24,707 nt of DNA from Candidatus Hadarchaeota archaeon (GTDB lineage: Archaea; Hadarchaeota; Hadarchaeia; Hadarchaeales; Hadarchaeaceae). The translations under genes and the position numbers were made by a program. The notes beneath the pieces are model-generated. The model saw only the letters and a program-made list of their open reading frames with translations. It ran no database searches and was not told where the DNA came from. The stretch lies in assembly GCA_040755315.1 (NCBI GenBank), contig JBFMBF010000017.1, positions 1-24,707 on the forward strand. Direction: 5' to 3'. This document shows, piece after piece, positions 1 to 9,000 of the stretch. Within the stretch, counting starts at the first letter, position 1. Every line of letters begins with the position of its first letter.

Positions 1-35
1 CGGTCAGAAAGGAGGGCGACTTCTACTCCGCCACC

Positions 36-3000
36 ATGGATCGATACGACGGCAGCTACCTCATTGATGTCTATGTGGGCGGAATGCTCACCTGGTCGAA
101 CGCCGGCAGGTGGTGGGAGCAGTGGGGCGTGGGACAGACCAGAGCAGCACCCCCGATACTGCTCATGATCCGCGACAGCGTAACCGGGGAATACGTGCAG
201 TACCACGACGCTCAGCGGGTCCGGGTCAGCCGCGTGGCTGTTGACACCTGGGTCTACGATTTTGAAGTTTTTGGGATTCTTCCGAGTGTCCCCGGCCATC
301 TCCTTTTAAGGGCGCAGAGAGCCACAGATGGAACCTTGGCTGTAACCCTGCAGGGTCACACAGGTCTTCATCCTTCGGACATCTTCCTCCAGAATCACGA
401 GACCGATGTCCTGCTCTGGTCGAACGCTGGCGGCACGGAGCAGAACCACGTCGGCGAAACGCAGACGGTTTCGGGTTACATCCTGCGCTGGTGCTCCGTC
501 CTGCCCTCGCTGACTTACTCTTACACCGTGCGGGGGGATCATCCCGACAACTACATGATTCCAACGGAAGCATTCTACTACGGCGGGGTCGCTGAATCCG
601 TCAGCTACACCGCATCCGCAAGCGTGACAATCGAAGTCAGGGAGGGTGACGCGGGGGTCCCTGGAGACGCCGGTAACACCATCGCTCAGGCGCGCGCCAT
701 AACCCCCGGCGACTACTGGGGCTACTTCGGCCCGGACGATCCATCCGACTTCTACTCCATCCAATCGCCGAGCGGGCTGCTGAGCGCAAGCATGGCGCCG
801 GGCAGCGACTACGACATCTACCTCTACGACGCGGGCCAGAACCTGCTCGCGAAGTCGGAGAACCGGGGGGACGCGGACGAGGAAATAACATATGCTGTCA
901 AAACGCCGGGGCAGTATTTCCTGGAGGTCCGGAAAGTCGAGGGGTTCGGACCGTATACCTTCAGCGTGGAAATAGAGCCGGAGCTGCCGGTGGTGGCGGT
1001 GGGGCCGGGGCTCAGCTCCCCGGCCGTCGCCTACGGGGACAACCGCTTCCTGGTAGTCTGGAACGACAGGGACAGCCGGATAGCTGGGAAAATATACGAC
1101 CTTGATGGGAATGTTGTAAAATCGAAGTTCACGGTCGCAGCGTCAACTATGCTTGGCGGTCCTTCCGTGGCATTCGGCGGCGGCAGCTTCTTCGTGGCCT
1201 GGCCTTACCAAGATCATTTGGGTGTGTGGCGTATCGGTGGCGCCGTCTTCGACCCGGACGGCAGCGTCGTGAAACCCGACTTCGAGATTGCCAGCGGCTC
1301 AAGCGCGAAGGTCGCATTCGGCGGCGGCAGGTTCATTGTGGCTTGGAAGAATGGGAATGAAATCCGCGCGGAAATGTTCAACGGCTGGGGAGATGGGTTG
1401 GGCACCTTTTCGATCTCCCATCCAGACCATTCGTATTTTGAACCCTCCGAGCCGTTTTCTCCACCGGCACCGCAGGAAGGCGCCGTAGAGGAGTGGAACT
1501 TCCAAAGCATTTCTTTCTCGGGCGGCAGGTTCCATCTGGGCTGGATTGGGCGAGCCTACAAATGGGGACGTTACAGCGAGGCCGAAGAACCAATCGTTTC
1601 AATAAGGTGGGACTGGAGCCGCACACATTTCGGCATAACCCCTGTCACGCCAGCTGGAGTCTTGGGTGAAACTAAAATTTTTGGACTTCGGGAAGAGTAC
1701 TTCGATGAAATTAAAATAGAATATCCCGGTTATCCTCCTTCAGAATCTTCATCATCTTGGTCGAAGGGCTCGTTCAACACAGCTTCTGCCCTGGCCGGAG
1801 GGGACAAAATAATGGTTGGACTCGGCGCAGAAGGTCTTGAAAATATCCTGATCCTGAACGCAGGCGAATATAGTTTGCTGGAGCAGCAGAAGTTCGGGTT
1901 CGGCCCGTCACGACTGATGGTTTTTGACGGAGTCCGGTTCATGGCGGTATTTCCGGGACATGAAAAAGCGGTGTTCACGGACGGGGAAGGCGTTTGGGAC
2001 GAAATTAATCTGAAGGTCTCAATTGCAAATCCCGCGGGGGCAGCGGAAGGCGGAAAATACTTCATTGTCGGGGAAAAAGATGGGAACATCCAAGCCATCG
2101 GCGCCCCAGTATTCCAATCTCTTATTTCTCCGGGCAACAGAAGTCTTGTTGTTTCCCCAGCCTTGGCGATGGACTGGTCGGACGCCAAAGACATCTACGG
2201 AGGAAGCTGCACCTACACTTTACTGCTTGGCAAAGACTCGGGCCTGTCGGTGCCATCTTTCGCCGCCCCAGACATCCTTGCTTCAAACTACTCTTCGATG
2301 CCGGAGCTCGATGACCTTACATATTATTGGCGCGTCGCTGCTCACGGAAAAACAAATATCCGGCTGGAAAACTTGTCCCAGGAAATCAGCGTTGGCCTGC
2401 GCCCGGAGTACAATTCTTGGTCCGAAGTCGGCCTATTTACCGTCGACACCCAAAGCCGGGCCTCCCTCATCGCCGCGGTCAACGGCGCCGCAGGACAATC
2501 ATTATGGATTCCAGCCATGCCCGCCGCCATCACAGCTGAAGCCATGGACAATGTGATAGATGTTGGCGGCATAGAGCTGTGGTACCGGTACAGCCACGAC
2601 GGGGCGAACTGGACCGGATGGGCGCCGGTTTTGGTTGATTATGTGAAAAGCGGAGGCCCCGAGCCGGTCAACGATTCAAGAGCTCATGAAGTTTCCCAGC
2701 TGCCGTGGGAGTGGCAGTACCCGGCCATCAGCAGTTACGAGAATGGAAGGGGCAGGCGTTATTACTACTTCAGGGACTTCTACGACTGGGGCCACTACGA
2801 ATTTTTCAGTGTTTTGAAAGATCGGTGGGGCAATAGGGAACTTCATCCATCCGAGGCGGACGTGCGCGTGTATTTCGAGAAGCCGACGTCGGTGAGGCTT
2901 GGCGACAGCGTGCGTGGTAAAGTTTCAAACTTCCCGAAGCGTTACGATTTCGACGTCCCCGAGAACACGCCGCAGTTGTACGTTAACTTGGACTGGTCCC

Positions 3001-6000
3001 GCGGCGACCTCGACCTGCATCTTTACGACCCGTCAGGCAGACACATCGGCACCACTGGCGAGAACCGTGACCATGAGATTGGCATCCTTGGCGCCGAATG
3101 CTCTGGGCCACTTTCCAAGCCCGAATGGATACTCGTGTCCAAGCCCAGGCCCGGGCGCTGGTCCGCGGAGGTTCGTCCTTATGGTCTAGAAGCGGAGGAG
3201 AATTTCACACTTGAGGTATTTACCGCAGCATCAAGGCCCGAATCGTCTCTCAGCTTGGTTGGGCCGTACTGGCACAACGCTTCGACGACACCGTTTGAAG
3301 TCAGAGCGGAGGCGTTTGAAACCACCATCCGGAAAGGTTGGGAGACAGTTGGTGCCCTGTGGGTCCGCCAGTTTGGCGCTTTGCATGAAGATGTTGCGTA
3401 CGGCATAGTTGTGGACAGCGCGGGAGATGTCTATGTGGCGGGAAGTTTAAGGGACGGCCTGTCCGGTCAGGTTCCTCAAGGAAGCACGGACGTTTTTGTT
3501 CGGAAATACAATGGTCAAGGAAGTGAGCTATGGACCCGCCAGTTTGGCACTTACAGTCAGGATGAGGCCTGGGGAGTTGACATTGGCAGGACGGATGTCA
3601 CAACCGATGGGAACGGCAGCATATACGTCGTTGGTTATACTTGGGGCGCTTTGTCTGGCCAGAGCCACTATGGGGGCAGCGATGGTTTTGTTAGAAAGTA
3701 TGACTCTCATGGCAACGAGCTCTGGACAAGGCAGTTCGGCACTTCAGATGTGGACGCCGCTTTCGGCGTTGCCGCGGGAAGTGATGGAAGCGTGTACGTG
3801 GCAGGCCACACTTATGGTAACCTGTCCAACCAAATCAATCAAGGATTCTCAGACGTGTTCCTGCGGAAGTACGATGCTCATGGCAGCGAGATCTGGACCC
3901 GCCAGTTCGGCACCTCCGGCTATGATTCAACATGGGATGTAACTGTGGATGGCGCCGGAAATGTTTACTCCGTTGGTTTCACAAGTGGCGCCTTGCCCGG
4001 CCAAGCTCACTTAGGAGGTTACGATGTGTTCATAAGGAAATACGATCCTCATGGCAACGAGCTATGGACGAAGCAGTTCGGCACAACTGGCCACGACGAG
4101 GCTTTTGGCGTGGCTTCAGAATCTTCGGGAAACATTTACCTGGTAGGTATTGCTGATGGGGCCTTGCCAGGCCAGGTCGGCTACGGAAGTAACGACGGGT
4201 TTGTGCGGAAATATGATGCGCACGGCAACGAGCTCTGGACGAGGCAGTTCGGAACTTCCTTAGGCGACTGGACTTACAAGGCAGGCGTCGACGCCGCCGG
4301 AAATGTATACATCGCCGGAGCCACAGAAGGGGCTCTTACAGGCTACAGCCAAAAGGGAAATTATGACGCATGTGTGTGGGCATACGATGCCAAAGGCAAT
4401 GAACTCTGGTCCTATCAGTTTGGCACTCCGGGAGTTGACGAGGCTTTCGACGTTGCCGCCGACGGTGCGGGGAATGTTTATGTGGTGGGCTGGGCTTCGG
4501 GTGCCCTGTTTGACCAGACACACCAAGGATATTCCGACGCCTTTGTGATGAAAATAGCGACGTCGGGGATCAAGCAAGTCGAGCTTTGGTACCGCCGCTC
4601 GTCTGACAATGTGGTCTGGTCTGACTGGAAGCCGTGTTCCACCGACAACTCCGAGCCGTTTTCATGGTCGTTCGGCGCTCCGGACGGAGACGGGTATTAT
4701 GAATTTTACAGCGCGGCAATGAACAGGGCTGGAAATCGCGAGTTGCCCCACGTAACAGCCGATGCTCAGGTCAGTGTTGATAAAAAACCTCCACAATCGT
4801 GGGTTCTTTCCCTCGATTCCGGCTGGCGGAACGCGTCGACGACCCCCTTTGAAGTGACAGCCAGTGCATCTGACGGGTTGAGCGGAACCGAGAAAGCCGC
4901 GCTCTGGTACAGGCATTCGGGCGACAACCTCACATGGGGGCGATGGAAACTCTTCGGGACGGACAATCAAGGACCCTGGTCTTGGTCTTTCACGGCTCCA
5001 GATGGCGGAGGATACTACGAATTTTGTTCCACAGCAGTTGATCTTGCGGGCAACGAGGAAGGGGCGCTGATCGATTCCCAACTGTTCAAGATTTCGACTT
5101 TTTCCGGGAGCGTGCGTGGCAGAGCCGTGGCAGAGTTTGAAAACGGAGAATCACATGCCCGCACGAGTTATGCGGACTGGATTGGAATATTTGGTGAGCA
5201 AATCTACGGATATTGGGATGACGGCTGGCCACACTGGATTCATATGGCCATTATGGACAAAGATGAATTTGTAGTGAAAGCCAAGCTGGAAGAATTTTTG
5301 GAAGAAATTGAAGTTGTTTCAGTACCGGTTCCACAACACGTTAGATACTGGCTTTCCCAACTTGACGACCCGGCCGAGTACGGGTTTGGTTCTCAGTGGG
5401 ATGTTGACACGACAACAATCTTCCAGGGATTCAAGGGGAGGATGTGGTTACCAGAACCGATAAAAACCGGAGAACTGGCAGTGCTTTCCGCCGGAGGATA
5501 CATTTATAGTGAAATTTTGCGCGAAGAGATATACGAAAATGTGCGGGCTGAGATTTTTGACCTACTGGGGGAGTTGGAAACTATTGTACGGCACCCCGCA
5601 AGAGCCGAGGCTCGCTTGGCTGTTGACATTACTCCTCCCGAATCGTCTGTTGGACCCATAACACCTTATTGGAGGGTCGCAGGCGCGGTGCCATTCAATG
5701 TTCGCGCCACGACATCCGATGCGCTGAGTGGAGCCGAAAACGTTGAACTCTGGTATCGCCACTCTCAGGACAACCTGATATGGGGCGACTGGAAACTGGT
5801 CGGTGAAACTCCTGCCGTGGAAATAAATCTGCTAAGTGAAAGCTTTGACGGGAAAACTTGGAGTTCATTGGCACTGCAGGGGTGGGATCCTCAGGGCGGA
5901 GCCAATCCCTCCGTGACGGACGGCGTGCTTTTTGTCCCACTAAACTCTTACCCGAAAAAACCCCTGACAGTGGATCCGCCGTTTACAGTTGAGGCCAAGA

Positions 6001-9000
6001 TAAAAAGCGACGGTTGGTCCCACCTCTACATCGCGGGAATAGACGAAATGCAGGTCACACCGCCGGCCGACAACCTCTGGCACACGGCCACCATCATCGC
6101 CACGGCTCCGGTCGACGGAAGGTTCAAAGTGTTGGCATACCTGGACAACGAACTCCAGGATGTGGCCGAAGACTTGGACGCTTCTTGGGCAAGGCTCGAG
6201 TATATAGAGCTGGAGGGTCCGGCCGCATCGGGGAATGCCTGGTTCGACAACATCGTAGTGTACAGGCGGGTTGAACCGAAGTGGTCGTTCAGCGCTCCGG
6301 AAGGGGACGGTTATTATGAGTTTTACTCCATAGCGATTGACCGGGCCGGCAACCGCGAGGAGCCTCCAGACGCGGCAGACGCGCAGGCTGGCGTCGACAC
6401 TACTCCTCCAGAGTCGTCGGCGAATCCGGTCGAGCCCTATTGGCACAACGCCTCGTCCATGCCCTTCGAGGTAACCTCCGCCGCGTCGGACGGCCTGAGC
6501 GGCGTCGGGAAAGTCGAGCTGTACTACAGATACTCGGCGGACAACTTGGACTGGAGCCACTGGAAACCCTACGGCGCCGATTCAGTACCATCGGACGGCT
6601 TTAGCTGGGGCTTCGGCGCCCCCGAAGGCGACGGATACTACGGGTTCATGACCATCGCCACGGACTCTGCAGGGAACGCCGAATCCAAGCCTCTGGCGAG
6701 CCATGAAAACAGTGTCTTCGGCCGCGTCTTGTACGACAACGGCGACCCGGTTGAAGGGGTCCAGGTCAGCTTTTCGTACTGGGACGAACAGACGGCTTCT
6801 TATGAAACAATCAAATACACCGATTCGAACGGCTACTACGAGATACCGATAACCTCGGCGAACCCGCACGGTTACAGCGAGTGGGGCTTCAACGTGATCA
6901 AGTGGATGCCGAGCGGCATGTGGGCCGGTATCGGTACTGGGTTCGAGAACGGCCCGCTACACGTCTTTGGGGAGTACGCCGGAACTTACCTGCCGGAAAG
7001 CAAAACTTGGGCTGTCGACGGCATGATGGGCTCGCGCGTTGACGTTGCGATTTCAGCGAAGCCGGTCACATTCTGGGGCCACAGCGAGTACAAGCGGTTT
7101 TACAACATGGCGGGCTCGCAAACTCTGACGTTTGACTACCCGTTCGGGAAGGCGGACGCGACGCACATGGGAGGGGGGAACGTATACATCGAGGGGGGCG
7201 ACCTGCGGACGAAGTCATTCGATGCGACGCTTTACGACGCGACCGAAGGCAAAGCGATTCTGACGGTAACTGTGGGCGGGCGCGGGGAATACTGGGATTC
7301 GCTTGTCATCGACAATAAAACCGTGTTGCAGAACCTTCTCGGCCACCAGCTGGAGTGGCGAATCAACGCGGCCGATGTCATAGACTACATTTACGCTGGC
7401 AAGTCCTTCTGGGGCGTTGTTCAGAATGTCCCGTCCTACGGCTGGACGCAATCAAGGCACCTTGTCGTGGCGGACTACTCTCCAAATCACGGCGTTGGGC
7501 GACAGGAATCCGAGGCCGGCGTGGATACTGCACCCCCGGAGATTGAGCACGACCCCCTTGACGAATGGCAGAGTTCCGACCCGTACGAGGTCAAGGCTAC
7601 CGTGGTGGATGAAACGTCCGGCCTCGCGCCCGGCTTTCCCTCGCTCCATTATCTTACATTGAACAACCCGACATTTTCAGACGGGTTCGACGGCAGCGCT
7701 CTGGACGCAACGAAGTGGGCCACCGGAAGCACGAAGGTGACCTGTTCTCAAATCGCGACTGCAAACGGGGCGCTTGAGTTGACGGCGAGGGCGGCCAGGT
7801 CCGGAACATACGGCGCGAACTACGTCGTCTCAAAATCACCGTTCGACTTCAACCAGGGGATGGCGTTTGAAATCCCAATGAGCGTCTCAACCTATGACGC
7901 CCCGGCCGACTTCAGGGGCGAGTTCTACCTGACGCCTACATTCACTACCACAACCAACCCGCACGACCAGCCGGACTGGTTAAGGCTCTCAGCGAGCGTC
8001 GACCGCGAAGGAGTCAGGTGGATGCTGCAGCGCAGACGCGGCGGGGGAGGGATTGGGACGCTCGGCGAGAACGAAACCTTCGAGGGGAACGAAAACGCAG
8101 AAGAGCCCCACATGTACACCTCGGGCCCGACGCGGAAGCTCAGCAGCGCCTGGAGGATTTTCATAGACAGCGAGAACGTCACCGTCTGGCTCGACAACGA
8201 GCTGGTGGAGCCGACCAGGCCACACGGGATGAATTTCACCAGCGCATACGCCTACCTGGCCCTGCGGACGAAAGTCGCCCCAGTCTACACCGTCAGGTTC
8301 GACCGTTTTGCCGCCGGAGCGCTGAACTGGACCCAGGCAAACATGCAGCCAACGGGACAGCCGGACGAGTACTCGGCTTCAATTCCCGACATGCCTGATG
8401 AAGCGGCGGTCTGGTACTACATCGGCGCGGCAGACAGGGCTGCAAACACCTCCACGAACCCAGCCGGAGCCCCAGCGAACCCGTACATGTTCATCGTGGA
8501 CAAGGCGCCTCCGGTATCGTTTGTAACCCCCATCACGCTATTCTGGCAGAAATCAACCTCGTTGGCAGTCTCGGCAACCGCGTCTGATGAGGGTAGCGGC
8601 GTTGAATCGGTCCAACTGTTTTACAGATACTCGCCCGACAACCGAATTTGGGGAGACTGGGTATCGCTCGGTGCCGACGGCAATAGTCCGTGGAAGTGGC
8701 AGTTCGGCTTCCAGGACGGCGAGGGGTTCTATGAGTTCTACAGCCTAGCCGTCGACCGCGCCGGCAACGTTGAAGATTTGCTGCCTGAAGCTGACGCTGG
8801 CTGCGGCATCGATTTGACCCCTCCAGAGTCATCTGTCAATCCCGTGACGCCTTACTGGCAGAACGCTTCGATGGTGCCGTTCGTCGTGAATGTCACCGCA
8901 TTTGATGCAACGAGCGGCGTGAAAAGCGTCGGCCTGTACTACCGATATTCAGCTGACAACGGAATCTGGGGCGAATGGGCGCTCCACGGTGTCGACGAAG

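Noticed and set aside
9..38. AAGGAGG as ribosome-binding site for the ATG at 36
   Set aside because: It lies about 20 nt upstream, the frame is open to the window edge, and no signal peptide follows; the true start is probably upstream.
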